A stretch of 54,728 nucleotides of DNA, counting the filler, from Perkinsus olseni (taxonomy: Eukaryota), in assembly GCA_013115125.1 (NCBI GenBank). It is 3 parts of 3 records of this genome, joined end to end, with 100 filler letters (N's around TTAATTAATTAA, not from the genome) between each part and the next. Parts side by side here need not be neighbours in the genome. Positions count along the whole stretch, not along the records: positions 18,292 to 36,466 come from JABANN010000621.1; positions 36,567 to 54,728 come from JABANN010000622.1; 1 more part is not named here. One strand, written 5' to 3'. Shown in pieces: positions 35,618-48,700 of the stretch. Position 1 is the stretch's first letter. The number at the start of each line of letters is the position of its first letter. The notes below the pieces were generated by a model that saw only the letters and a list, made by a program, of their open reading frames with translations, ran no database searches and was not told where the DNA came from. The position numbers were made by a program, and so were the translations under genes.

Positions 35618-36466
35618 ATGAGTAGACGCCAAATTAACAAGCAGCTTCGCTTGGCGGAGGAGGTCGAAGTCGAGGGACCGCTCCCGGCTGCTGTTGCCGC
35701 TGATGATGAAGACAACGCGGATGAACTGCTGGTTGAAGATTCTCCCAGACGATGTGAATGAGAGGCCGTCAGAGTGAATATCGTCGATACCGACGGTTCC
35801 ATTTAGATAAGAACGTCTTCGCCGCGGCAATGGACAGCGATGATGACGATGACGACAACACGAGTTCGAGCGATGAGGAGGAGGAAGAAGAGGATGTGGC
35901 GCCTCAGCTGGTGAAGCCGATGGCGCAGGCAGGGGGGAAGAAAGCACAGCAGAAGCAACCCCAGAAAAAGAAGAGTAGCCCTCCACAGCAGCGGAAGAAG
36001 GCCAAGGCCTCCAAGGCAGGCGAGGAAAGAGGTAACTACTCCCGGGTTCGATCCTCAGCTGCTTCATTCTTCCCTGACGGCGAGTCACGATGAAGTCGAT
36101 ACCGAACTGTGCATGATGGAACTAGCAGTTTCGGATGGGCCTGACCACGACTCGAGCAGGTTCACCTTCTCCGATGGCGCCCGCTGCATCCGATCCTCTA
36201 TTGAAGATTGCCCGGAGGAACCTTAATCCAGAGACTGAGATCAAGCGTAAGTCGAAATGACACTTGTGGGAGTCGAACGTACGACCTCCGCAGGGATCTT
36301 CGGCTCTGAGGCCTACACTCTGAGAGTTCGAGCGGAGAACGCCGCCGGCCACCCCCACAATCGGATCATCAACTATCCCCGCGGTATGGGGTCGGCCACG
36401 GCTGCTCGATCCAGTGCGAACTTGAAGAAGAAGTCGTGGCTGTTGCACGACTGGCCTATGAACCAG
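35618..36466 (+). CDS. TCF25: TCF25/Rqc1 ribosome quality-control protein, 5' part truncated by the contig end
   Basis: MSRRQINK start, NVFAAAM, acidic and Lys-rich tracts, and LLKIARRNLNPETEIKR-IFG, matching the TCF25 LNPDTELKRYFG motif. Confidence 0.78.
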
Positions 36467-36566
36467 NNNNNNNNNNNNNNNNNNNNNNNNNNNNNNNNNN
36501 NNNNNNNNNNTTAATTAATTAANNNNNNNNNNNNNNNNNNNNNNNNNNNNNNNNNNNNNNNNNNNN
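36467..36566. other. Artificial contig linker (N-TTAATTAATTAA-N)
   Basis: Same cassette as at 18192. Confidence 0.97.
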
Positions 36567-36639
36567 CGAGTATTCAGTGTACGAGCCGTGTACGAAGCGA
36601 TAGTGTACGAGTTTTCGGTGTACGAATCGTAATACACCC
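36567..36639. mobile_element. Possible DNA-transposon end with subterminal GTGTACGA repeats
   Basis: Four GTGTACGA motifs within about 60 bp, ending in ATACACCC at a contig edge. Confidence 0.35.
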
Positions 36640-36746
36640 AATCGAAGGGCGGTCCTACGCTGGTGGTGCCAGAGGCGATCAACTAATTAGATATCAATCT
36701 TGGCGCAGTGCCCATGGAACAGTCCCGCCGGGACTCCAATTACTGT

Positions 36747-36986
36747 CTATGACCAGTCCTGTCGTGTCGAACTCCGTTACCTTATGACCAGTCCTGTCGA
36801 ACTCCGTTACCTTATGACCAGTCATGTCGAACTCCGTTACCTTATGACCAGTCCTACCGAACTCCGTTACCTTATGACCAGTCCTGTTGTGCCGAACTCC
36901 GTTACCTTATAACCAGTCCTGTCGAACTCCGTTACCTTATGACCAGTCCTGTCGTGTCGAACTCCGTTACCTTATGACCAGTCCTG
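36747..36986. repeat. Tandem repeat, 30-35-bp unit GTCGAACTCCGTTACCTTATGACCAGTCCT, about 7 copies
   Basis: Read directly from the sequence. Confidence 0.95.
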
Positions 36987-37567
36987 CCGCGTCGAGTCAT
37001 ACTACCTCTATGATAGAGGTAGAATGATAGAGGCTCTGTCACTTATTTCATTGCCTTTCCTCACCTTCATTGGCCATTCTCTTATCTTCGGTCGTCAATT
37101 TCATCTTTTTTCTTTATCGACAGTTTCCCCCTCTCTCGTCTTTGATCTTTGAATCTGACCAAGCATCGCTGAAGAAGTAGACTGGCTCCGGCCTTGCGTG
37201 ACTGGCTATGCTAATCTAGATCGAGTAGTAGCAGTACTACTGTAGTACAGTAACGGTGTTACCTCTTGCTTCGATCGGAATCCGACCAGCAGATGTATGC
37301 AGTGTAACTATGCGATGTACTTGGGTCGAACAATTCGACTGCTTGGTCAGAAAATTGAGGAGGCCTTGCGCGCGTTCTGCAGTGAAGTTGTCGGTGACCG
37401 AGTACTACTCGGTGAGTAGTCTCATGAACAGCTAGGGGGCCTAGCCTAGGCCTCAGCCGGACTCGGTAATGAACCGAGATATTAGAAGCTGGGGTGCGCA
37501 GAGTCTTCGCTGAAGACCTGTGAGTGACCCCGCATCACATGCCTGGGTACTTATCTGTTAGAGGGGT

Positions 37568-37660
37568 GGCTCACAATCCGAGTCGGATCCTCTGACTCTT
37601 GAATAGCGGGCCGCTATTAGCGGCGCTATTACATCGCAGGTTCGATTACCTGCAGAGCCA
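37568..37660 (+). pseudogene. tRNA-like relic with a long variable arm (Ser-like)
   Basis: GGCTC/GAGCC ends, TCCGAGTCGG D-loop-like, CTTGAAT loop, GCCGCTA-T-TAGCGGC hairpin, T-arm GCAGG-TTCGATTA-CCTGC, then A and TTTT. Confidence 0.55.
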
Positions 37661-37748
37661 TTTTCAATGTATTTTTTTGGGGAATCCCGGGGAATTTCGC
37701 CCTGGGAGGGAAAGCCTTGTAGAATTCCCCATTTTCGCCACCCTGTCT

Positions 37749-38280
37749 GAGAACTCGTTAGAGATGAGGCCGGGCGTGGTAGATTTTTTGATCTTATCGA
37801 GCCCAATCGACGGCAGGCGAGCAGCTGAGGTTATCATCAATACCGTGTCGAAGCAGCAGCGGGCTACACATGATGGTTACACATATTACACAGGAATACG
37901 TAACGGTAAAATATGGAAGGCTCGTGCTCTCCATGGAAGACCCAGGGTCTCAAACCCTCGTGGGGAGAGAACGCAGAAGTCCGTGGCAACTCAGAGCTTG
38001 GAAGACACGAGTCGTGTGCGCAGGCTGAACCGACTCGGTTCTCTATCCGGCGCAAGAGCCAGCAATTGTCCATGACAGCCTGTCCCTCTAGCGGCTAGAG
38101 TCTAGCCGGCACGCGTGGACATAGCTCAACCAGACTCAAGTGAGCTAAGATCAGCCCGTCGGCTAGCGATTGGCTCCGAAAGTGAAATCGCTAAATCCGC
38201 GAGCGCTAGTTAGACTGAATCTTGACTTGAGATTCTTGAGAAAAGAGACATCGCAGGTGTGATTCATATTAGCAGTCTCT
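37749..38280 (+). repeat. Duplicated segment (copies at 40251-40606 and, in part, 42684-42890)
   Basis: Shared runs such as GATGAGGCCGGGCGTGGTAGA, CTAGCCGGCACGCGTGGACATAGCTCA and ATCATCAATAC(C/T)GTGTCGAAGCAGCAGCG. Confidence 0.9.
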
Positions 38281-38323
38281 AGTCCGATGGCAAAAATGTT
38301 CATGACGGGGCCTAATCGTTCTC

Positions 38324-38416
38324 ACTGAGGGCGCTGATACTCTTTGTATCACCTTCCTTGGCGAAGAAATTGAGCTCATCAAGTTTGCTTATCAGCTGAC
38401 CCCGGGGACGTTCCTC
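38324..38416 (+). pseudogene. Fragment of a paralogue of the secreted protein at 40717
   Basis: TEGADTLCITFLGEEIELIKFAYQLTPGTFL aligns with FNGVDAVSTSFQGETIVLMRVGFEFTPGTFV. Confidence 0.7.
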
Positions 38417-40716
38417 AGAGCAACTTCCTCTATGGCACGGACGACAATCCGCGCCTGCACTTAAGGCTACAGATATCCCCGGACGGGCTAATGGCAGTGC
38501 ACGTCTTGTGTAATGCTAGGCTATCCGCGAGCGGACGCCTCCCCTTCCATGGCAGGAGCGCGATCAAACCGCGGTTCACTACTCTCTAAGATCGTCGAGA
38601 AAGAGCTCTTTCAAAACTTCCACTCATATGACCGCACTCATCTCACTCATCGTACCGCGGCCCATACTGGGGTTACTCCGGCACTTGGCTTCTGATCTCG
38701 GTCTCCTCCCCCAGTGACGATCAGACGTCAGCTTCGCCTCCTGGATGGCGTATCACTACTCTCTATCTCTCTCTACTCTCTATGGTTCGATGGCGATTAG
38801 CTGGTCAGGCTTGCGTCTTGCACGTAAAAGATACTGTCAGCTCGCTCAACCACTCAGCGGGGAGTTGTCCCCATGTTTCCCATTCAGCTTCTTTTCCAGC
38901 ATTGGAAATGTGTTCTTCTCTTCTCTTGACCAACATAAGTAGTAGCCTGCGATCGCACTGAGTTCACTCACAGTGTTTTCACGCCTGCCTCTTGACTCTG
39001 TCGAGTTTATGAGTCAACTTGGAAAGATGCGACTCCATCCAAATTCTCTCTGGGTAGACTCTCCAGTGGTTGATGTGGGTTCCACTGCAGCCTTCTCCCA
39101 GAGTGAAGGGGCGGGCCGGGGAAATTTGACACTCTTCACGAGTCTGAGTACGCAAACCGCGAAATATCTGCAGACACGGCTGGTCACCTGCATGATGTAG
39201 CCATCCCGGATTCCAGAGGTGCTACTGATGGCCCACCCGAAGCATTACCAAGAGGGTGGTATGCCATCATTCGTCGCAAGAGTACGCAGCATGGGACACT
39301 CCACAGTAGTGTATTCTATAGTTTCGATCCTACAGTACTAACGGCATCGAATGACGATCCAAATAAAGAAAGGCTCGACGACGGCACTGTTTTACACAGT
39401 GCCGTTCACAAGGCACAAGTTACTCAAAGTCAAACTTGGCTAGCACGAGCACTTAATAATTGGTCTACCGCCTTTGCTGTTATGAGAAGTTTCAAATTTT
39501 CTTTGAAGTAGCTCATCCTAGAGTTTAGTTTCATCCTGTGAAGCGAACCCACAGTTTTGATGATCAGCTCTATCCTATCTGATTGACTTGATCGAACACC
39601 GGACTCGAGGGGGGTTAATCGATCATGGGAAACTACAGCGTAAGCTAGCCTAGCGTAAGTTTCATCCTAGAACCCACGCACGGGAGTGCGAGGCGCATAA
39701 CAAGGTCAGACGGCTATCTGAGTCTAGTGATACGCAGTAGCTGTGACTGGAGCGATGGTAGTCTAACAACCGAGTACTACTCAGTGAGTAGTACTGGAGT
39801 CGGTGGCAGCTGGTGCCTAGCTTGCAGTCGTCACTATAGTACACACGCGAACGAGTGAAAGATACTCGCACGACACAATAGGCGCACGCGCGCCCTCGTG
39901 GGCCACGAGTCATCTCCATTGGAGATGACTTGCGGACTCAAGTGGCACGATCTAGCGTATTGCCACCCCTCCCTGCCGAAGGACAAGATGTGGGCAAAGC
40001 AGCGTTCAAGCTGGAAGCCATGCTAACCCTCTAGCCTCTCTGCTACCACAGCGCCTAACCTGCGCCTCTCCGAGCCACTCAGATGCTCAGTGCTCCATCG
40101 GCCCTTCCACCCAACTCAAGAAGTAGAAGCAGGTCAGGTTACGAGCCACACTTTTGTACCAGGACATAAGTTACAGGCCCGTGCTCGCCTGGTTTCAGTG
40201 TCTCTCCCAACGCAAGCATTCATGGGATTCCCTACAACTCGAGGTTTCTTGAGAACTCGCTAAAGATGAGGCCGGGCGTGGTAGACTCTGCCCTTCTCGA
40301 AGCCAATTGACGGCAGGCGAGCAGTTGAGGCTATCAGTTGCAACTCGCAGCTTGGAGGACACCAGTCATTTGTGCAGGCTGAACCGGCTCGGATCTCAGT
40401 GCGGCGCAAGAGCCAGCTCTGTCTGGGACAGTCTGTCCCTCTAGCCGGCACGCGTGGACATAGCTCATCTCAGCTCAAGTGAGCTAAGATCGGGCCGTCG
40501 GCTAGAAGTTGGCTCCGAAAGTGAAGTCGCTAAATCTGCGAGCGCCGATGAGACTGAATCTTGAGAAAAGAAACACCGCAGGTGTGATTCGTAGTAGCGA
40601 TCTCTTACCGTGTAGATTCCACACTGTGGAGTCCTCCAGCGGGCTGCCTAACCTCGACCCTCCCTCCTCGTCTCAGTGATCCGTCCTTAGTAGTTGGCTG
40701 CACAGCATCTCAGAGC

Positions 40717-41445
40717 ATGAACGTCACCCAAGCTACCTTGATGGCCGCCCAGATCTTTTCCTTTGTGGCGTCTCTATATCCTGGCAGGTTTTACCGTACT
40801 GTGGGAGCTACCAATATGTACATGGACGTGTACGAGTCCGAGTCTGTGGTCTTCCTCCTTCAAGGGCATGACCTGCCAACGTACGTCAGCGGTCATCTTC
40901 CGCTGAAGGGCGACGGCTCCTCTTACTCTCTTGATATCGATGGTGCTGAGCTCCAGGAGTTGTATGGAAATATCACCAAATTCCAGATAAGTGTTCAAGA
41001 CAAGGACCTCACCACTTTCAGCTTCAACGGTGTAGACGCTGTCTCTACTTCTTTTCAAGGGGAGACTATCGTGCTCATGAGGGTGGGCTTCGAGTTCACG
41101 CCAGGGACGTTCGTTCATCTCGGGGCCGGCAACGCTCCAGTGACCTTGAGGTTTCAGATAGAATCAGATTGAGGACTGGAGGTGGCTGTTTTGTGCGATG
41201 GGAAGTCCCTATCGAGCGCTTTGCAGCTTTTTCGCCAGGAGACGGATTACGGCTCCGTCTACTACGCTATAGAGTCATCTAGAACGGACTCTCTCAGGGC
41301 TTTACAGGCATGGGTCGAGCTGAACTGCCCTCTGCCCACTCATGGAGTTTATGATCTATCTACCGCGACCATTGCGACCACGGTCACGATCTACACACAG
41401 CTCGGAGGGGCTCCAGTCGCACTTACGAGGCGAGCACTTCTCTAA
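40717..41445 (+). pseudogene. Two-domain secreted protein gene interrupted by an in-frame TGA (41170-41172)
   Basis: ORFs 40717-41172 and 41182-41445 are in the same frame. Signal peptide present. The two halves end alike (FQGETIVLMR and LGGAPVALTR). Confidence 0.7.
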
Positions 41446-42349
41446 TTTTCATGAGTAGGTCGTTTAGGTCAGGCGGCCTGGTAGTATTGACCGGATCCCA
41501 CTTGTACGCAAAAGATCCTATCAGCTCACCGGTGGTCAAGTTACCGGTGAATATTCTTATTTGGTCAGCTCAGCTGATTCTGCTGGGTCTCTCCAGATTG
41601 GAAGAGACTTTCCCTCTCTTCTTCTCGCTGAGTTAGGTAGCAGCCCGCATTCGCACCGAATGCGCTTGGCCTTTTCCCTTGGCGTCTTGAATCTGTCGTG
41701 TTCCGAAGTCAACCTCCTGACGAGCGATTGCTCTCGAAACCTCCTTTGGTAGACTACCGTTAGCCACTAGCGAATTTTCTGATAACGTTAATTCGGTAAT
41801 TTTGAGGTACTCCCAGCTCAGCTATCCCTCATTACCAAGAGGCACATCGCGTACGCAGCATGGGAAACTCCACAGTACCTCGCACTGTTATTCGGTAAAC
41901 ACAACAGCCAGGTAGGTATCGGAGAGGTTAATCTCAATCTTAACTCGTCTCCTCGTTTATCAAGCTCAATAGCACATCACTTGAGCCTACTAGCAGTAGA
42001 CAACGTCACAGCATGTCGCGACAGCCACAGTGTCGTTTCGTGGCAACACACTGTGGGCCTCGAGGTGCTTCGCTCCTGATGTGCACGCAGGCTGAAGCTG
42101 AGGAGCTCTGTGCTGTATTGAACACGCTCCTGCGGCAAGGGTCAGAATGCTCGCGAACGAGCGGATAGCCGGCAGAATTCGAATACGCGGCCTTCGAGAT
42201 TCACTCCCGAAACTGTCGATCTGGTTGTCAGTCAACTTGACTGAGTCAAGCTTTTCGAAATTCGGGGGAGTCTTTCGTACGACGATTCAGCCAGGGCTAT
42301 TGCTTGCCGGACTTGCCTCACGAAGTTACTGAAGTTACCTGAGTCATTC

Positions 42350-42907
42350 ATGGAGAACAACACCTCAGCTGAGTCCAGGCGCGGAGCTCTGGTAAAGGCG
42401 ACAAATCGGGTCATGGGAGAGGAGCCAATCGACGATGTCACTACATTCCGGGGTCGAATAGCGAGAGATGGCCGAGCTAGGGCAGTTGAAGAGGCCCTCA
42501 GAGCCAGCAGTCCCCAGGTGCAACCGAAGGCGTCTTGGCTGGGAGGCTTCAAAACTCGAACTTCAACAGCTCACCGACTTTGGCCTCCGGTCAGGTGAGT
42601 ATGCGAGCTGTGCTATCGGGTATCGGCTTGGAGAAGTACTTCCCCCATTTCCGGGAATCCGGTGAGGTGCCGTCGGAGATGTTTGAGAATTCGCTAGAAG
42701 CTGAGCGGGGCGAGTGAGGTCAGTGTGAAGGAGTGGTCCGTTGCCCGCTTGACAGGCTTTGATCTTATCGAGGCCAATCAGCGGCAGACGAGCAGAGAAG
42801 TGGAGGATATCATCAATACTGTGTCGAAGCAGCAGCGAGTTCACATTCCGCACGAACACAGGGCGAAAATATGGAAGGCCCTGAGGTGCTCTCATCTAGC
42901 TGTCTAG
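42350..42907 (+). CDS. Small SAM-domain-like protein, multi-exon (splicing not fully resolved)
   Basis: VLSGIGLEKYFPHFRE and IPHEHRAKIWKAL match SAM helices 1-2 and helix 5. Confidence 0.55.
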
Positions 42908-43812
42908 TAGGGCAGGGATGATCCGTAGGTACCGGTGGTTCAAGTCGCCATACCATGTTAAAAATCATATCCACAAGAACGAGGCAAGCGACCCTTTATC
43001 CGGTGCCCGTCAGTGGTTGGGATAGATACCAAAACTTCATCTCCCCAAGAAGGATGCTCGTCCTCGGGATGCCTACGTCGACCTCGCTAAGCTCGACTCT
43101 GATCGTCAACGTATGGTGTACAGACAGACAGTAGCGGACGGGAATAACCAGGCCAGGGTTGTTCAGTAGGACTTCGGATCTCATGCAAGCGATGGATCGA
43201 AAGGAGAATCTTCAGATTTGAGATTTACAGAAGGCAACCTGAGATATTCTACAAAGTGAATGGCTTGCAGAGATCCGTTGAGACGTGGAAGGTGCAAGTC
43301 GCCGCAGTGCATAGTCTCGATCCCGTCGTGTGTTAGCGGCACGATCCGAGACGGATGATATCTGGAGACCCTCGGGAAGAAGTTATATTGTTATGGATAA
43401 AGGAAGCCAAGAGGGAGTAAGTTGTTCGATTCCCTCTCCTCCCCTTAACGCCGCATCTCTGTCGAGCCAGTCGAGCGATTGCTCGTTTCTATTCGCTCGA
43501 GCTCCGCCTCGGTGATTGTCTGCCGAAAGTAATTGTCTGAAGCCTCCCTGGATTCCTGTAAAGTCGGTAGCGGAACTCTAACTATGAGATAGTAACTGCG
43601 GCAGGGTGCCGCGAACCTCGGATCGCTGAAGAAGAGTCCTTCACGTACGCTTTTGGGACCACTCTCCGCTCAGACTGGCTGCTCGAATGGGATCTATCCG
43701 TCTGCAAATCGCCAGGCAGCGGCGTATAGCGATGATTTTGCGAGTGCTTCGCTTCGCCAACTTGTGTGAGTCAATTAACGCGCCGCGAGCTCATTCTCCA
43801 AGCTAGCTCACA

Positions 43813-44926
43813 ATGCGCTAGGTCTCTCCATCGTGTCGCTGCTCACGAGCTTCATCGAGGCTAGGAAGGTCGACGGTCGACTGTTTTTCAAGACGCTTGT
43901 GTCGAGTGAGATAGCATCGCGGCCACCATCTTCTTCATGGTAGCCTTTGTCACTAGGTAAGAACCTTACAGCAGCTACGGCGTATTGGATAGCTTTCTGG
44001 CTCATTTTCGCGATAGGCAGGAGTGGCGGCCCGGACAACAATGACCATGGCCTGAAGAAGTACATGTTCCTTGGGTCGGAGGATGTGAGCAGATTGTTGC
44101 CGTCTTTTAGGCACCAAAGGGTATACGGCCTCGCCAGGCGGCTGGACGGGGAGATAACGTCCTTCCGGTTCGATACGGAGGGCAAGCGGAACGCGAAGTT
44201 CAATTTGATGAGTGAAGATATTGAGAAATATTTCGGCCTGGTTTCGACGGGTGAGATGATCTCGCCGCTCCTAGTGGGGCATACATTCCAGTTGTAGTTT
44301 CGCTCTCGCAACACAACACATAAAATCTTCATCACTAGCCCGAAATCGACCAACTGTTTGGCTAACAAAAACTAGTGTACTCTGATCTCTATTTACGAAC
44401 TTCCTCCGACAGCCATTGTGATTGAGAAATAGTTCGGCCTAGTTTCGACGAGAGAGATGATCCCGTCGCTCCTAGTGGAACCAAAAGTACCATTGTTTCA
44501 GGAATGAGCGCCAGTATGTTGAACGACAAAGAACGCCTCACGTTTGATAAATGGTTCTCGGGGGTTATGGCCCGACCGTATGATAAGGAGGAGCTCAGGC
44601 AACAGATCGAGTTGACAAAAACGGAACATCTCCCTTTAGAGAATATTCCTGGAAGGGTGAGGGAAGATGCCGGTGGAATTGTTATGAAGCTGTTGCAGAC
44701 GCCGCTGCACAGAGACGCTCAGCGTGGCCGCGTTCCTGAGTTTGACAGGGCAGGAGTGGTACGCGAACGAGAGATTTTTAGTGTAGCCCATCATCATGAA
44801 ATTCTGGTGACGGGAGCGGTAATTCAGGCAAATGAATACCAAAGGAGTGCCGTTCCCAATCTAGCCTTGAAGTATCAGCAGGAAATGTACGACCCACAGC
44901 GAGAGCAAGACCAGCTTCTGGCGTGA
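43813..44926 (+). CDS. Hypothetical protein exons (membrane segment followed by a soluble domain)
   Basis: Protein-like ORFs 43947-44297 and 44504-44926 with plausible splice sites. A ~57-bp local duplication at 44221/44422. Confidence 0.4.
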
Positions 44927-45778
44927 GTTGGTCGATGAGTGCCTCGCTGATAAATTCCTCGTCACAGATACGAGCATGAGCGCCGGGCAGTCGAGAGGAT
45001 GCTGCAATTGGAAGATGAAGGTTCGTTGCGCTCGTCGCGATTGGCGTTTTGCAAAAATGAAGCGAGTTTGAAAATTATAATCGAGAATGAGTTAGAAATT
45101 CATAGCGGAATAACTATGCTGTATATCGTTTGGCAAAAGCACGAGCTGCGGGCAGAGGAACGCATGATCCCGGCTCGGTAGGAAGTGTCAGGAAACAGCT
45201 ACTTTGAGGTTGTTGGGAAGAAGGATCAATTTTCGAGCAATCCGTCACACTAATGTACCGACCGCATAGCTGCGAGCGTCTCTAACCAGGTTCTGCAATC
45301 TCTGACTTCTCCTCATCATCCTACGAGTTCGGGACTGAAAGCGAAGACAGTAGCTACTATGACCGGGAGAGGGACGAAGAGTGAGTCTCGGGTGGATTTT
45401 TCTTCGAATATCTCGGGGAAGGAGAATTCAGCCTGAATTATTCAAGGAGTGGGAGTGTTCATTTCGCTCGAGGCGAGCAGCTTTATCGCTCGAGCTTTCC
45501 ACGCCGTCCCGAGTTTCCTCTGCTGGGATGCGCTCCCGCTCCGAGGCAGTGTAATCATTCGCGTGACGAGAATCGTGACAAGAATGTGATGGCAGGACTG
45601 CAGTATTGGCGATGCCGACTGAAGGCGCACGAAGGTTTCTCTTGAAGCATGAGTCTCGTTCACGCTCTGGACAGAGCCTGTGTCTAGTGCTGAGATTCCG
45701 ATCGCTAGCAGCTAGCCGCTAACTAGAGACGTCTTCCATCACGTCGGCCTGTCCCGGACAGCTTATTTTTCTGTTTAG

Positions 45779-48700
45779 ACTTTCGGAAGAATACTCGCAG
45801 TCAGGATCTGAGGAGGACTGGAGCGGCGAGGAGGCATCCGACCGCAGCGATCATGGACGGTCTGATGATGTACCTTCTCACGAGATACGGTTTAGAGGGC
45901 ATGGATGATCGAATTCCCTTCTGCCCAAGCATTGTGTTGCAGTATCAAAGTTGAATGCGTTTTGTCAATCTTGGGTGTTCGGTGCCATTCTTGGATGGAA
46001 TACTGCCAATCTTGAATAGCACAAAAAAGGCCTGTCAAATTTAAGCTCAAGAGTGGCAATCTTGGACCCGACATATTGTGGGTGTGACATTCTCGAATTC
46101 TTATTGTCAGACTCGGATTCAACAATGTCATTCTTGTCTGCTCACGTGTCAAACTTGCACGGGAAATGGTGTAGAATCCCCGTACTGCGGTACTCGAGGC
46201 AGCTGTCAGTGAAATTATAGCTATGCTCGCGACTATGCAAGATGGCGCGTCGATGGAGGGGATCCCACCATTGACGACTCCCAGCCAGGCTCTCTTCAGA
46301 GGTTTCGTAGCAGAGTGAGGAAGGGCCTCCCTGAGTGTGGGAGAAGGGTAATCCACGAGTAGGTACGGACTTATCCTCGTTGATGAGTGGGTAACGTCAG
46401 ATCGCCCACTGCTACTATGCAAGGATAGCTTCTTTGCATTCATCGATTCCTGCCTGAATCGTAGGCTCGTAGGTGCGGAAGTCAACAGCGAGGCTGGGGA
46501 GAGTGGGAACGGTCGATCGCGGTTGCCAGCGAAAACATTGATCCTATCGAATCAGGGCCAACCAATCCCGAGCGTGGACGTCAGCGATCTCGCAGACCCT
46601 CAGTAGTGCTCGAGGCGGATCCACGGGGAACAGATGATGTGGAGGATGCAGCGGAAAAGATGGTCGACGCTCTTTGGCGAATATGCGTGAGCTCTGAATG
46701 AATGGGCTGCCATCGAGCCCTGCGAACCCTCATGTCTGTCATGGGTCGTCCCCGATCATGACCTGCGTTCTCGCCTCGGCATCTCGACTAAGCTTTTCAG
46801 CCTATATACTCAGTGGCGTCGGTTCAGGTGCGACCCATGACAGATGAGCGTGGTCATCAAAGTAAGTTCCTGGAACTGCCAGTCAGCTGGGCTACCCTTG
46901 ACTAATCTCAGCTTGCTCGACCGGCGAGCTTATGCCTCTCATCGGAGTCACATGCCTCTTGCTACCGGTGGGAGAGGATCACAAGGCAGCTCAGATCATT
47001 AAAGCGTTCGGCATTGACTCTGGTCCGCACAGGGGCGTTGCAGGTGAGAGATTTCAAAAAACCATTTATAGTATGACTGGCAACTACTAGAGCCTCTTGA
47101 TATGCAGTAGTAGTTGCTCGAATTCTGTGCCACTTCAGAAACTATACCCAGCAGACTCGTACAGAGGCGGCTGACCACCGAGGAGTTCCACTTATTCGTC
47201 CATCAGGGAGTCACAGGACTGTGTCGACTACTCAGTGGGTGTTTTTCTCGAGAGGGGTGGTCAGCGCGTTCCCCTCTGTTTTCTTACACTGGCTGCCCCT
47301 GTTTGCTCGAAACGCGCGAGTAACACTTGAAATCTGGAGCTTCTTCAGACCATGAGATGCCGCCAAGTGAGCTGCAGGGGGTCATCCAGGTGAGGTTGCT
47401 TTCGCCGCCCCGTCTGTGGCGGCCGGCTTCTAGTCGGTCAGCTTGCTGATCTTTCTAGGCGGTGAGCGTGAATCAACCCTCGCCGCCCGAGGGGAAGAAT
47501 GGAGACAGAAGGATGCTCGGAACTGGTACACTGATGGACCATCGTCTATTCACGATGCTTGACGGACGAAGGGTCGTTGCGTGCACGTATAACTCTCGCT
47601 ACGCTCCCTACCAATCTCCCACTGTAGCCATTTTGAACGAAAATCAACCTTCTATGTATGGGAGGTGGAGAACTCGTCGCCTCCTCCTGAAGCTCTAAGC
47701 CACCTGATTCTCCCTGGACTGCCATTCATACTGGGGTTTGCCTCGGCGCTCCGCAGTAGTTTCCGCTCACAGGCTCAATCAGACGTCGGCTGCGTCGTCT
47801 GGATGGCATATGTGAAATGCTCATGAACTCGAGTGTCATCAGCCCGGGCATGCTCTGTGGACGGTGGGTCTCTCTCCAACAAAGTATTCAGGCCACGCGA
47901 CGAGTACAGGACGGCTGCAGAGTCTTCCTTATTCAACGCCCTTACAGCATCTCATATGTTGAAAATAAGAGAGGGTGCTTTATTCGCTGGGCGGTACAGA
48001 ATCCGGCAGGCACTAGCCCCAGGTGGGAAGCACTTGGTGGTGTAGCTTCGGTCTGAACTACGTTTTCTCAGATAGTGTGGTGGAGTCGGGCAGCTCGAGC
48101 GAAGGACCCCTATGCTTCAGGGTGGAGGATGAACTCATTCACGCTATGAAGTGAGAGGCAGATCTGGGCCGGGGGTGTCTTTGTCCGTCGGCGAAGGCGA
48201 GCATCTGTACACAGCACCGAGGCAGATGAAACTCATCATGCGTACTGTAGGGAGTTGCCGGAATCCCTGATGACTTTGGTAAATAGGGAAGAGTCTGAAG
48301 CATCGACGGATTTGGTCCTGTACGTATACCCGCATTTCAATGATACATCCCAGGAATTCCAGAGAGCCTTCAGGAGAGAGGCTATCCTATTGAGAGAGGT
48401 AAGTAAGACCTCTGGGAGAGGTGTCTCGCGCCATGGAGGATTGCAGCAGGAGGACGGATTTGGGAAGCCGCGAACGGGATGCTTGAGTCGCTCAGATGAG
48501 CGCTCGGCTGAACGGGAGGCTGATGATCAGAGTTTTCGACTTCGGCGAATCAACCGCGAACTGTGCTTATCAAGTGAGCTACAGTACTTCCAGCATGCTA
48601 CTCGCTTGTCCCGTGCGTATGCTAGCTCGAGACACCCTCTCCAGGTGAGAGATCTGATCGATGGTTTAACGCTGGCAGACTATTTGAGCCAGAGACGTGC

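Noticed and set aside
40545-40590. Hammerhead-like CCGATGAG..GAAACACC..GGTGTG
   Set aside because: The core is not CTGATGA, there is no stem II, and the cleavage position is G.
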